A stretch of 64,000 nucleotides of DNA from Octopus vulgaris. Its lineage: Eukaryota. The translations under genes were made by a program, and so were the position numbers. The stretch lies in contig OX597824.1 of assembly GCA_951406725.2 (NCBI GenBank), forward strand, positions 55,986,001 to 56,050,000, given 5' to 3'. This document shows positions 38,438 through 51,499 of the stretch, piece by piece (within the stretch, counting starts at the first letter, position 1; each line of letters starts with the position of its first letter). The notes below the pieces were generated by a model. The model did no database searches and was not told the origin of the DNA. It worked only from the letters and a program-made list of their open reading frames with translations.

Positions 38438-39580
38438 GATGTCCACAGCAAGTTAAAAGATTTTTATCTCATTTATCTTCCGTACCTCTCATTCGTTAAA
38501 TGTCTTAACTTGCTTTGTTTTTTTCCTGTCTTACTCTACGAAATTTAACCGTTTAAGGTTACCTTCAATCCTTAATTCCATCTTCCCGCCATTTGGCCAT
38601 TACAATCCCCAATTCAAACTTCCTTTTTCTCCAAATCAACTTCCGGCTTGATGTCCACAGCAAGTTAAAAGATTTTTATCTCATTTATCTTCCGTACCTC
38701 TCATTCGTTGCTCATTCGTTAAATGTCTTAACTTGCTTTGTTTTTTTCCGATCTTTCTCTTCATTCGTTGCTCATTCGTTAAATGTCTTAACTTGCTTTG
38801 TTTTTTTCCTATCTTACTCTACGAAATTTAACCGTTTAAGGTTACCTTCAATCCTTAATTCCATCTTCCCGCCATTTGGCGATGACTCCGCCCTCCCACC
38901 CCCACCCCCACCACCAATACCGGTGAACACTGTTCTCACCATTTACACCGGATATGCCCTCCTCCTCCCCCACCACCATTACGTGTGTCTCTCCCTCCTA
39001 CCCCTCCTCCTCACATGCTTTCACTGTGTACTACCCCTTCCCCCACCAAGACAAGCTGCTAGCGCTGCAGCTCATCAACCGCCCCACTGATCTTACGTTA
39101 CCTCCTGTTTTGAATTTGTCACTGCCTCAATCCGACTATCTCCTTCCAGTCCCCTCCCCGCCTCGTGATATCCTACGTTTTTATTTCTTACGAACCTGCA
39201 CTAACCCTTCCCTGTCATCGTTCCTCCTTACCCCAACCTTCCCCAACTGGTGCTTCCCTATATTACCTGCACCCCCCCCACTATCTCTCCCTCTCTTTTC
39301 ACTGGTGGAACCTTTCTCAGCTGGTCCCCCCCCCAACTCAACTCTAGAAAAGCTCGAACAGATCGTGACCGATGCCGGACCCCCGGCCCCTGTGCAGGTG
39401 GCACGTAAAAAGCACCCACTCCACTCGCGGAGTGGTTGGCGTTAGGAAGGGCATCCAGCCGTAGAAACTCTGCCAGATCAGACTGGAGCCTGGAGCGGCC
39501 CCTGGCTTCCCAGACCCCGGTCAAACCGTCCAACCCGTGCTAGCGCGGAAAACGGACGTTAAACGATGATGATGATGATG
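38438..39580 (+). mobile_element. Non-coding element ending in a young RTE tail; possible bipartite non-autonomous RTE derivative
   Basis: 5' tandem duplications (38438-38597 vs 38650-38880), a C-rich middle, and an RTE tail at 39385-39580 with (GAT)n. Confidence 0.55.
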
Positions 39581-40094
39581 TTTATATGAGTTGTTCCTCT
39601 CTCACATAGTCTTTCTCCTTCTCTCTCAGTCCCTTTCTCTGCTCTGCCTGTTTTCTTCTCTTCCTTGCCTCTCTTTTCCATTTACCTCTCTCTTCTATTT
39701 ACTTCTCTCTTCCTGTAAAGATTATGCCTGTGTAGATATACATACACACACATATCTGTATGTTGATACCTACACAATCCTCCCTTCCTCTTTCTTTCCT
39801 CTCCCAGCTGTCTCTTCTCCCTCCTTCTCTGTTGATCTGTCCCTCTTCTCTATCTCTCTGTCGATCTGTCCCTCTCTCTCTCTCTCTCTCTCTCCCTCAA
39901 TGTCTCTGTAAAATTTATGTTTGTTGATATGCATACGCACACACATCTGCATGATCATACCTATACAATCCCCACTTCCTCTCCATCTCCATCCCCCTCT
40001 CTTTCTCTCTCCCTGCTTCCCTCTCCCTTTCTCTTTCTGTTGACCTGTCTCTTTCCATCTCCCTCTTCTTTCTCTCTCTCTCCCTCTACTCCTA

Positions 40095-41120
40095 GCAAAA
40101 TTGACGCAAAACTGGACAATGAAGGAAGTGCAATTATTTGTGCAAGCGTGGACAATTGCCAAAGGAGATTCCTCAAACATCATCGCAGTGACATTAAAAA
40201 ATAATGGTTTTTCCAGAACCACAGTCCAGATAGAGCAGAAGAAATGAGAATTCCTCCTTTTATACTCTCATTAGACAATACACGGACACTCTTGATACCA
40301 TTCTGGGAACTGATTGCACCAAGAAAGTCAAAGAAGATGGAGAAAGCCTCCAAGGCCTAGTGGTCCATCAAAAGAACAAAACCAAACCTTTGATTGAGAG
40401 GCCTGCAAATGAAGGAAACACTGATACTGGCCCTTTCCCCATCATGTTAAATGACCAAAGAGTTGAGTGGGCTGAGAAAGGAAAAGAAAAATATATAACT
40501 GACAAAACAAAGGCTGTCAGAAACAAGGAAAGGCAAGGAGTAAAAGAAAGGGAAAAAGAAGAAGAAACAAAAAAATGTTAGAATGAAACAGAAGACCCCC
40601 AACAAAATGGTGAATCCTCAGGTAAAATATCTAATACAAAGTACAGTTCCAATACTGAACCCTCGAGTAGATGACACAATAAGGAAGGCGTTAAAAGGGG
40701 CACCATGAACAAAGATACCAAAATTCATGAAGATGGAAGAATTGAAAAAGAACAAACACAAAAACCTCTAAGAAAAGCAGCCCCAACACCACCTCCCAAA
40801 ACAATGGAAAAAGTAAAGGAACTATGAGGCCTGTTGAAAGGGAGGCCAGTGTCAAAACACTATCAAGAAAAAAAAATAAAAAGGAAGAGAGATAGATATA
40901 GAAGCAAGACATTACATGAAGCATGTACCATTTGTAAATTCCATGTCAGAGGTATCTGCTGGTATGGTGTGATGGGGATTAACTACTGCTTTGCACTTCA
41001 AAAGCTCAGGCAGAGTAGTACACATGGCAAAACACACCTCCATCAAGATAGAACAAAACCATGCTTAGAGGAACTCTTACTACGCTACAGGCCTGCAACA
41101 AAGATCAAAAAACTGTATGT
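40095..41120 (+). pseudogene. Degraded LINE ORF1-like remnant with CCCH-type zinc finger
   Basis: CKFHVRGICWYGVMGINYCF (decayed C-x8-C-x7-C-x3-H pattern) and K/E-rich low-complexity sequence; many stops. Confidence 0.45.
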
Positions 41121-41447
41121 GGATGTATGGTTGGTTACACATGCGATTGTCCTTAGCTGACCTTTAAGTGTACATGGTTGTTCACATATACATCCATATA
41201 CATACTAATGTGCGTACGTGCACACACACAGAGATATACACTCACACATGTATGAATATGTACGTGCACTCACATACACATATACAAATATATATGCATA
41301 TATACATATGCACGTAAATACATACACAGTATATACAGTAGTGGCCATAATAGAAGGGTCAGTAAAAACAAGTATATTGAAATATTTATTATAGAAGATT
41401 AACAACCTCTTGAGGCTAGATATACACATATCTAGATATATCTAATA

Positions 41448-41840
41448 CTAGCAGTATCGCCCGGCGTTGCTCGGGTTGTAAGGGAAATAACTATATAAGC
41501 ATTTTTAGAGAGTTATAGCCAAAAAATAGCAAAAAAAATGCATTAAAAATTGAAAAAAAATTAAGGTAAATTTTTTTAAATCGTTGACACATCGTAGATA
41601 TTTTTAGAGAGTTACTTCCCTTATATAAACGCGAAAAAAATGCATTAAAATGGAAAAATATGATGGTAAATTTTTTAAAATCGTAGACTCATCGTAGACG
41701 CGCGCTAATACCCAGAAGGGCTCGATATGAATCACGACTATAAGATACCCGCTTTTGGTTAAACTGCACCACAAAATGTGGGAGTAATTACGAATGTAAA
41801 TCGAAGGGGACAGACACACAACTTCACTCTTATATAAAGA
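41448..41840 (-). mobile_element. Non-autonomous Helitron
   Basis: Minus strand reads A|TCTTTATATAAG...cccgagcaacgccggg...CTAG|T. The 3' end is shared with 58037-58428. Confidence 0.85.
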
Positions 41841-41849
41841 TGCTTTTTT

Positions 41850-42166
41850 TTTTCAGTCATAGAGTTAGATTTATGAAGGTCTTCAGTAGAAAATCCTTCG
41901 AATTCTGACTCGCTGCTTGATATAATGAAATTCGTATCCATTTTTTGTCAGAATTACAAATTTTGAAAACACAATAGGAACAAATTTTGGAAAAAAATCT
42001 CCCATAATTCACGGAATTAAAATTACACTTCGATTTTTGTACAAAACTGTATTTGAAGTGTTTACGAAGTATAATACGTGTTTTCACGAATGTACTAAAG
42101 AGATTTACTCTGATATTCTCATTTAAATATGAATAGGTAAATTCGGGCGGTTTGGTAACGAAAGGG
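41850..42166 (-). mobile_element. piggyBac-like 5' end fragment
   Basis: Terminus CCCTTTCGTTACC; acidic N-terminal remnant SSSESEFEGFSTED. Confidence 0.55.
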
Positions 42167-42590
42167 TTTATATAAGTGTCGTCTGTTTATACATAAACAC
42201 TGTTTCATAGTTTCAGTTTAGTCTTCCTCAAATCACTGTCGCTAATTTACTCTCTTCCAAGAACATTTTCACTCACTGTTATCTGTTAGCTTCCCATACA
42301 TTTTACTCATGTATCTATCAGTGTGATAGACAGAAACAAATATTACATTTACTTTCATTTTATTCGTTGCCCACTGTGTGTGTGCGTTTGCGTGTGGTGT
42401 AAACCAGACTAAGAAAAGCATTTGACACACACACCAGAATGTGAGTTTTCTGTAAATTTTGCTTAATTGGAGTTTAAATTTTAAAAACTGGACCTGGCAT
42501 GACGCGATGCATTGTACTCTTAAAACTGCTAGGTAAATTGTAATTGAAGAAATCCTATATTGTAGATTTGTATAACTCCCAAAGGGAGGC

Positions 42591-44889
42591 CAAAGCTATG
42601 CAGGTATGATTATCACCAGGCAAATTGGGAAACTATTAACAACCAGTTACAAATCATTGACTGGGATCTCTACCTTACTGGGCCAGATAAACACAAGAAA
42701 TTCTTAAACAAGATCGAAGAAATATGTGAAAAAAATGTTCCTCTAAAGAAAACCAAGTCCACAAAAAAACCTGTACCACGGGAGCGAAAGATCCTGATGC
42801 GCAAAAGGTCAAGACTAAGAAACAAAACATCTAAGCTGACATCAAAACATGAATTACAGAAAGTCCTTGACCAAATATACAGATTAGAAGACAATCTAAA
42901 ACAACACTATGATGAAGAACGTAACAATGCAGAAAAGAAAGCCATAGAAAACATCAAGAAAAATCCAAAATGTTTCTACAGTTTTGCAAAGAAATACTCG
43001 AACACCAAGTCAACAATAGGACCTCTCCAGAGACAAAATGGGGATGTAGTGAATAACCCTATTGAAATGGCAGAAATGTTGGGTCAACAGTATGAAAGTG
43101 TCTTCAGTGAGCCATCTAAAACCATGAAGATCCATGACCCAGGAAAATTCTTCAAGGATATCGACCATACTAAACCTACCCTATCCGACATTGATTTCAA
43201 CCCAGAAGACATAGCAAGAGCAATAGACAAGCTCTCCATGCACTCGGCTGCGGGGCCTGACGGTTTCAATGCCATGATACTTAAAAACTGCAAGGCACAA
43301 TTGTCGAAACCCCTTTACATGATATGGAGGGAATCTATGGAGAATGGCAAAATACCAAATACATATAAAGAAGCACACATAACTCCAATACATAAAGGGG
43401 ATAGCAAATCAAAACCAAAGAACTACCGACCAATCTCACTGACATCACACATTATCAAGGTCTTCGAAAGAATAGTTCGTGGAAAACTGGTTGAGTTCCT
43501 GGAATCCAACAATCTGATGAATTGCAACCAGCATGGATTCAGGTTAGGTAGATCATGCCTTTCCCAACTACTGGCACACCATGACCAAATCCTAGAAAAT
43601 CTAGAGAATGGATACAACACAGATGTTATCTACCTCGACTTTGCCAAGGCATTTGACAAGGTAGATCATGGCATCCTGGGTCACAAACTTCGAAAGCTAG
43701 GAGTAGGAGGAAAAGTTGGTACATGGATACACGAGTTCCTTACAAATAGAACTCAAACAGTCACTGTGAATGGAACCCATTCAACACCATCACCTGTGAC
43801 CAGCAGTGTTCCTCAGGGTACAGTACTCGGCCCAATCCTGTTTCTCATCCTCATCTCTGACATAGATGAAGATACAACCAGCAACGTCTCATCCTTTGCT
43901 GATGACACCAGGGTCATGAGACAAATCAAAGACGAGGTGGATACAGAGGCCTTACAAAAGGACCTGACCACCATATATAAATGGCAGGAAACAAACAACA
44001 TGTTGTTCAATGATAAGAAGTTTGAACTTATTCGCTACGGAACAGATCAAGATCTGAAAAATACAACAAACTACAGAAACCCATCAGGACAACAAATAAT
44101 GGAAAAACAGTATGTGAAAGATTTAGGCATCCACATGGGAACCAACCTAAAATTCAGAGAACACCTTGACTCAGTCTGTCTTACTGCAAGAAAGTACAGC
44201 GGGTGGATCTTGCGCACCTTCAAATCAAGAGATACCTCAACAATGAAAACCCTCTGGAACAGTATGATACTTCCGAGGATTGACTACTGTTCTCAGTTGT
44301 GGTCACCAACAACAAAGGGCCAACTATCTAAGATAGAATCGCTCCAAAGAAATTTTACCTCATACTTCTCAGAAACGAGGGACCTGGACTATTGGCAAAG
44401 ACTCAAAACCTTGAGGATGTACTCAATAGAAAGAAGATTTGAGCGATACCGAATTATATACATTTGGAAAATGATAGAGCAGAAGGTGCCAAACTTTGGT
44501 ATCAAAACCTACCACTCACTGCGCCACGGAAGACGCTGCCAGCTGCCACCAATCAACAAAAAGGCTGGCCAGGCAGCAAAAACCCTGCGAGAATCAAGTC
44601 TGTTGGTTCGAGGAGCACAACTGTTCAACTCCATTCCGGTACATGTCAGAAATCTATCAGGATGCAGTGTGGAATCATTCAAATTGCAACTGGATAGATA
44701 CTTAAGCACCATTAGAGATGAACCCCATCTCCCAGGATATACACAACGAGCACAAACTGACTCAAACTCGCTCCTACACATGTCAAATTTAAGCAGAGAA
44801 TACAACCTGGCAACCACACCAGACTCTGAGGGTGGAGTCTTCGACTTGGCCTGAGCATGGACTCAAACCCAAATGAAATGAAATGAAAT
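42591..44889 (+). mobile_element. Young 5'-truncated CR1-group LINE with uninterrupted RT frame
   Basis: GGAGGC target-site duplication at 42585-42590 and 44890-44895; (AAATG)4 tail; 3' stem gagtc...gactc. Confidence 0.93.
42593..44854 (+). CDS. LINE ORF2 reverse transcriptase, N-terminally truncated (no endonuclease)
   Basis: Frame is open from the insertion junction (KLCRYDYHQANW...) through ORF 42797-44854. Motifs AAGPDG, NYRPISLTS, QHGFR, YLDFAKAFDKV, VPQGTVLGP, FADDT. Confidence 0.9.
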   Translation, partial: KLCRYDYHQANWETINNQLQIIDWDLYLTGPDKHKKFLNKIEEICEKNVPLKKTKSTKKPVPRERKILMRKRSRLRNKTSKLTSKHELQKVLDQIYRLEDNLKQHYDEERNNAEKKAIENIKKNPKCFYSFAKKYSNTKSTIGPLQRQNGDVVNNPIEMAEMLGQQYESVFSEPSKTMKIHDPGKFFKDIDHTKPTLSDIDFNPEDIARAIDKLSMHSAAGPDGFNAMILKNCKAQLSKPLYMIWRESMENGKIPNTYKEAHITPIHKGDSKSKPKNYRPISLTSHIIKVFERIVRGKLVEFLESNNLMNCNQHGFRLGRSCLSQLLAHHDQILENLENGYNTDVIYLDFAKAFDKVDHGILGHKLRKLGVGGKVGTWIHEFLTNRTQTVTVNGTHSTPSPVTSSVPQGTVLGPILFLILISDIDEDTTSNVSSFADDTRVMRQIKDEVDTEALQKDLTTIYKWQETNNMLFNDKKFELIRYGTDQDLKNTTNYRNPSGQQIMEKQYVKDLGIHMGTNLKFREHLDSVCLTARKYSGWILRTFKSRDTSTMKTLWNSMILPRIDYCSQLWSPTTKGQLSKIESLQRNFTSYFSETRDLDYWQRLKTLRMYSIERRFERYRIIYIWKMIEQKVPNFGIKTYHSLRHGRRCQLPPINKKAGQAAKTLRESSLLVRGAQLFNSIPVHVRNLSGCSVESFKLQLDRYLSTIRDEPHLPGYTQRAQTDSNSLLHMSNLSREYNLATTPDSEGGVFDLA

Positions 44890-44998
44890 GGAGGCAGATA
44901 AAATCTGCCTTTTATAATAAGAGATCTATCTTTTGTGAAAATTTCAAGTGAATAGAATAAATATGGTAAGTTATAAGGAAATAAACAATCTTCCAAAT

Positions 44999-46196
44999 TA
45001 CATCGGCCTAAAGTTAAGGGTCATGCAGAAAAAGTGAACTACTAACTGAGGTATTTGTTGTTTAACAGGCTAACAGTTACTTCTTATCTTACATTATTGG
45101 AACATTCAACTGTCAATATGACGGCTTGTGAGAGGTGACTGGTGTCCTGTGGTGAGAAACAAAGGATTGTTTGCCTTCACCAAGGGAGCAAGTCAAATTC
45201 TGTGATAGTAATTACTGTAGGAAGGTATAGAAGTGTTGTGCAATGAATTGTAGCTCGTTTTAAGTTATAAGGATCAACAGATGCTAAACCCAAAGCTAGT
45301 AGAACTTTGTACCGCTTTATCAAGACAGGATTGTATTATAGTTAGAATGTACTTAAGAATAGGTTTATGAGTGCTGCTGAGATATCCCGCAAGTTTAGCT
45401 CCACTTCCTATGTCAATGTATTGCAAAAATAGTTTCTCAGAGATTATGAGGTTTTGGATTGCTTGCTTGGGCACTGGCAAAGAAGAATCAAAGAGCCTGT
45501 CTTCATTTCACTCACGAACATGTCATTTGGACGGAAGAACAGTAGTTGCAGGTTCATTTTAGTGATGAATCGAAGTTTAATGTGATTGGTTCCGATGGTG
45601 GAATATATACGTCCAATGAAAAAGTGACAAATGATTATCTTGTGCATGTGTGAAGAAGACAGTGAAATATGGAGGAAGCAGTGTAATGGTATGGGGAGTG
45701 ATCTTTGCTGCTGGTCCTGGTCCACTTATTCGCCTAGAAGGAGCTGTCAATGCTGAAATCTACAAGCAGATTCTTTGACAGCATGCCCTTCCACATCTCT
45801 AATCCTCATCAGTTCAACTTCCTATCTTCATGCAGCACAACACTCCCTGTCACACTGCGAAGAGAGTCAAAGATATTTTGAATGATGAAAGAGTTGATCT
45901 CATGGCCCGATCTCAATCCTGTAGGAAATGTTTGGAAGATTATTGGAGAGGGGGAGGGGGTCAGCCAAGCTGAAATCTAAAGAGCCAAGATGAACTCTGG
46001 GAATTATTGAAAAACAAATGGAACAATATTACTCCATCATTTTGCAAGAAATTTAATCAGTCCTCTGGTGACAGATGTTGGGAGGTCATTGACAGTAAAG
46101 GGCTGTTCACAAAATTTTAATAGTAAGGTTTTCTTCTTTGTTCTTGTTCCATTTTGCACTATTTTTCTAAGTGAGCCTTAAATTTTGGCCATTGCA
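44999..46196 (+). mobile_element. Degraded Tc1-like transposon
   Basis: Degenerate TIRs (ggcctaaagttaagggtca and tgagccttaaattttggcc); remnants DESKFN, FMQHNTPCH and DLNPVGNVW. Confidence 0.75.
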
Positions 46197-46399
46197 GTTT
46201 GGAAGATTATTTGTTTATTTCCTCATAACTTATGAAATATTTATTCCATTCACATGCATGGCTGGAAGGAAGAGTAGAGGGAGAGAGTTCACTGAATTAT
46301 GCTTCTACTGTGTTGTATCTGGAAAATGCAAATTTGGTGCAGTAACAACATCTTGGGATTTTCTCAGCGTGCTTCTTTACCATGTTTCCATTACTTAAC

Positions 46400-48190
46400 A
46401 ATGTACAAAGCTTCCTCAAGGCACAGGTTACATACGCCAGATAGTATATTATATGGATGTGCATTTTTTATTATTGACCATTCTATTTCATATCTTATTT
46501 TTCCTTCTTTTAATCCCCATATAAAGTCTGCTAGTGATGTTGCGTGTTGCCAACTTATCTTATGGAAAGAGGAGATATGGTTGCGATAATGGTCCTTGAA
46601 TTGGTTTTCGGAGGCTCCTATACATGCGTATTTTATGTTGTGCTGTGGTGATTGTGCATTTGTATAAGATGTTCTTTTGCCTGCATTGGTTCATGAGTGG
46701 ACATGGAGATTTCTTGTGACAGCTGCAATGATTTGCACTATTATTATTTTTGTAGTTATTTGATGACTTTTTGCTTTTGTTTTTGTATTATTCCAGTTGA
46801 TTAGCAGTGTCTGCAGTGTTCTTGATGTTATTGCCTGTTTTGTTGATTCTGTTTTGAGTTTTTGTCTAGATCCTATTATAACTGCCCGGGGTCGCTATCC
46901 ATGTTTTTTTTTATCCCTATTGTGTTTATTTTTGTTATTTGTCCCATACCCTGGTTTTTGTTCTGTTTGTTCCTTATCTGTGGTTGTTGTTTGCATGTAT
47001 ATATTTTTTATTGTTGTATTTGTGTATGTAGTACTCCATGTTTTTGGATGTGGCATATGATACTTTTACTGTGTGCTTGTTGAAAATACAATGGTATTTA
47101 TGTGCTTTAGGGAAGCACCTATCTAATGCTGCAAGGAATTGTTTACCTATCTTCGATGATATTCGCAATCCGAAAATACAAATCAAATTTTTATATCTTT
47201 TCTTTGGTTGCTTTGACCTATATTGTGTGTTCTTGGCATTTTGTACTTCATTTTTGCTATTATTGTTATTTTTTCGGGTTTTGTTTATTTTTTCCTATCT
47301 TTCTATAGTATCTTGGGCTTTTGTATTTTCTTGTTATGTGTTGTTTTTCATGTGTGTGTTTTCTACTTTAGGTGCATGGATATTTGTATTATTTAGGGCT
47401 TTGCCAGGTGTGAAGTTGATTTTTTTCCTTATATCCAACTCTAGCTAGTGCTTCATTGTAGTAAGGTGCATGTATGTTGAATATTGTCTCGTTGGCTAAC
47501 AGGTGTGATATACTGGTGGCCATGCTCCTAACAATTCCTTTTGTTATGGATGGTGAATGATTGGACTTTACATTTATGTATCTAAGACACTCATTTGACT
47601 TGTGGTATGGTTTGTGCATCCCTATTTCTAAGTTAAAAGTAACATCTAGGAAATTTACCTTATGGTAATTACTATCTATAGTTATAGATAGGCTGAAGTT
47701 TTTAAATAATTTGTGTAGTTTTTTCTGTTTCTCTCTATTTCTACCTTAGCACAATTATCTATTACAAAAAGGGCATTGTCTCTGTACAGGCTCCCTGCTA
47801 TTTGTGAGAATGAGGATTTAATGTGGAATAAGATGTAAAATTTCTACAATATCCGTTACCTGTGCTGAGTCACTCAAACTCATTAGTATATCAAAGGAAT
47901 TCATTCTGTCTGATCTCGTCCATAGTGTGTTGTCATAATTAGTAATTGTTTCTGGTCTGGTGCTGTTAATAGATAGGCTGGAATTTTTCATTGCAAATAT
48001 GAGTGCTTTATTGAGTATTATAGGGTTAATTTTGGAGTAGTAGTAACCTATATCTAATTGTATAAATTTGAAGTTTTTTTTTTTTCCTATTTTCTAAACC
48101 ATCCTGAGTGTCTGACGATAAGGAAAGTCCAATCTTAATTTTGAGCTAGGGCATTATTTTATATATGATGTTTTTGCTTATACATGCTAT
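46400..48190 (-). mobile_element. Degraded Penelope-like retroelement (RT, linker, start of GIY-YIG)
   Basis: YRDNA (decayed YRDD), VNFLDVTF, PYHKSNECLRYINVKSNHSPSI, IGKQFL...IFNKHTVKVSY, CSCHKKSPCPLMNQC...ILYKC. Confidence 0.88.
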
Positions 48191-48345
48191 GTCCGATTTT
48201 GGTGGATATATTAGTCAAAGAATAGTAATTCAGTGAACTCTGTCCCTCTCCCCTATCGATGTATGCATGGGTCTGGTTGTATTTCTATATGTTGTATTTC
48301 TATATGTATGTGCCTGTGTTTAGCATCCATAGATGTATGTATCTA

Positions 48346-48390
<45 letters not shown>

Positions 48391-48414
48391 CATCATCATC
48401 ATCATACATATATA

Positions 48415-49030
48415 CAAAAATACAGAGTAGAGGAAATTGAAAATGCAAATCACAGGCAGTCTAACAGATTCCTGAATGCATAAATGAAGATATTCAATCA
48501 ATGTAATTGATTCATATATATTTATACACATCAACTTAAATCATGCATGTACAGGTGTAAAGATTCTCCAAGGGTATAAGGAATAAAACCAAACATACAT
48601 AAAATTGTCAAAGAAATATAAAAACATAAAAATACATATAAAATTACATATAAATAAAGATTACATGTAAAGAGTTATGCATGATAAATATAGGAGGTGC
48701 AAAACAAATGAGAGTTTGATAAATATAAGAATAAAAACGTTTAATCCTATATTTATCAACCTCTCATTCGTTTTGCACCTCCTATATTTATCATGCATAA
48801 CTCTTTACATGTAATCTTTAGTTGTATTTTTATATTTCTTCTATATTTTTATGTATGTTTGGTTTTATTATTTATACCCTTGGAGAATCTTTATGCCTGT
48901 ACATGCATGATTTTTGTTGATGTGCATAAATATACATGATTTAATTACATTGATTGAATATCTTTATGTGTTCAGGAATTTGGTTAACTGCCTATGATTT
49001 GCGTTTTCAGCTTCCTCTATCTGTATTTTT
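48415..49030. repeat. About 600-bp foldback palindrome centred near 48739
   Basis: Left arm ...gcatgataaatataggaggtgcaaaac... is mirrored by gttttgcacctcctatatttatcatgc; there is no spacer. Confidence 0.85.
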
Positions 49031-49088
49031 TCGCATTGGCTCTCTATGACTCCGTAAATAGCCCATACTTTCTATAACTTATTATATG

Positions 49089-49128
<40 letters not shown>

Positions 49129-49402
49129 CGCATGCATCTGTTTATGTATATGCATGCATATATATGTACATATGTTTTTATATGTGTGTATGTGAGTGCA
49201 TGTACATATCTGTGTGTGTGTGTGTGCATGTGTGTTCATCTCCAAGCGTTAGTATGTATATGTAAATGACCATGTATGTGTATGTATGGGCCGGTTCTTA
49301 AAGGTCGCCTAAGGACAGTTGCATGTTTAGCCAACCATGAAGAACAAATCAACAATATAAAGAAATCAAATGCCAATCCCTTTAAAATGGCAACCACTTT
49401 AA

Positions 49403-50678
49403 CCCTTTCGTTACTATATTTCTGACCAAAATACACCCCTCATGACTTTCAATTACAGTCTAAAATAATCATGAATTTAGGCTTGTTTCATTAAATAACT
49501 GTAACTTTTTTACTTATCAACATGTTAATGTGATATTTGGAACATAATTAAAGAAAGGGTTCTTAATCAATTCTATTGCATAACTTTTGTTTCAAAGTGA
49601 CTTTAATTACAGGTAAATCCAGGTAAACTGAGCAAAAGGTAAAAATATTAAAATTTTGTTTAAACATCACCATAGAAAATGAATCATCAGCTAATATTCA
49701 ATTGGGTATGCAACAAAATTTTGATGAAGAGAATTGTGCACATCACTAGATCATCAGTTGAATTTAATGCACAGAACAGGTGTACCATAAAGGTGGAATA
49801 AACTGAAATATTGGAATCCACTTAAATCCACAGCAAGTTTGACCGAACTAAAGAAATCGGTCAAAAAATAATATACGACCCTGGTTATGGTATGGAAGTG
49901 ATAAATTCCAGACCACATCGTTCCCTAGGCCATGCTGACTAACATTATTTTCCTTGTATAAAAACTAAATCCACAGCAGTACCCAGTATTTGCTTCACAA
50001 ATTTTCCAAACTTTGATCCCCCCATTTTGTATTTGTTTACATTCTGCGTAACAGTTTGTTTCCACAGTGATCACTTCAAACAAGCATACTGAAAAAAATA
50101 AAAAATAAAACTGTTTCGCTTCCTAAGAAAGACTATGGATAGACCCCATCTCCTCAGAAAAATTACTAATAAAAACATTTTTAAAGTTTTCACTTGATTC
50201 CGATGTAAACTCATCTTTGCTGTTGCTATCGCCGCTTTCAGTTTCTTCAGAATCGCTGCTTTCAGTTTTTGATACCGAAATATCCTATTCATTCTTGTAC
50301 ACCATGTGCTTTTGTACCTCATTCATTCTTTTTCTCGATATCTCCCTATTTTCCATTGAAACCGCTTTAAATTCGGAATCAATGCTTGATAACATGAAAC
50401 TCCTATCCATTTTGAAAGTTGAAGAAAAATCGATGCCAAAAAAAATGTGGAAAAAATCTCCCAAAATTCACTGAGTTCAGATATCAGGTCAAGCAATGTC
50501 GGATACTATAACCCAACTATTTACAAAGTGAAATCACTTGTTTTAACGAATGTACCAACGAGATTTAGGTTCAAATTTACATTTAAATAACAATAGATTC
50601 TCTCGGCTGGGTATGGCCGGGTTGGTATTATGAACCAAAAAATTTTGGGGCTGGGTATGGCCGGGTTAGTAACGAAAG
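49403..50678. mobile_element. piggyBac-like non-autonomous transposon, right terminus clipped
   Basis: TTAA|CCCTTTCGTTACTA on the left and tagtaacgaaag on the right; subterminal direct repeat ggctgggtatggccgggtt x2. Confidence 0.7.
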
Positions 50679-51176
50679 CAGAATCACCATCCCACTATAT
50701 CTACACATTCAAAGCAGTTTGCCAACAGTCCTTCAGCAATAACACACCTTGATAAGCTCAGTGGCTACTTACTAACTTCAGGCCATGACAGACAGAGAGG
50801 AAGCTATTGAAGCTGAGAATTTGAACTTACAGAGATAATATTTACATATCGCCTGAGGAAACACTATTAGATCTCATAATGCAGGGAAATAGTTGTATAA
50901 TCAAGTACCTTCATGCCTGGAGAACTACATTGCATAGAAACAATTGTAATGATTGAAAATAAATGTCCAACAGTACTCCTTCTTGTTGGCTCCAATTTTT
51001 TCAATTATCTATTCATATGTGACAGAAGCCCAAATGCAAACCTGGAAGTACAGATACTACCACTGGATAGTACAAGGGGAAATCTGAATACGGACGAGAT
51101 TTTATACTGTACTCTACTACATTTTTGACAGAATATATCATAACTGTGTGTGTGTGTGTGTATATATGTGTGTGTG

Positions 51177-51217
<41 letters not shown>

Positions 51218-51244
51218 CGAGGTTATGAGAGGTAATGTTGTCAT

Positions 51245-51490
51245 TGAGACCCAAAGTATAAGGTAATGCTGAATATGTGCTATAGATGGACTGCAGTTAA
51301 GTTCCAGGTTTGGTGATTATGCGAATAAGGGGTTCAATGTTATTGATTCAATAACACTGTATAAACTCTATACTTGGAATGACCAATTTTAAATTCTATT
51401 GGATTTTACTCATAAGGTATTGGAATATTATATGTATACCATTCTGCCTAAAAAAATGGATCTACAAATACAATATCCCTACATATTGCA
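51245..51490. repeat. Rearranged fragments of the PLE terminal repeat seen at 19420-19975
   Basis: 51245-51340 is the reverse complement of about 19868-19970. 51350-51490 is a direct match to about 19420-19640. Confidence 0.6.
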
Positions 51491-51499
51491 TTCTTCCAC

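Noticed and set aside
40095-44889. ORF1 remnant and RT ORF as one full-length LINE
   Set aside because: The RT copy is bracketed by its own TSD and is intact, whereas the ORF1-like region is heavily decayed and separated by other elements.
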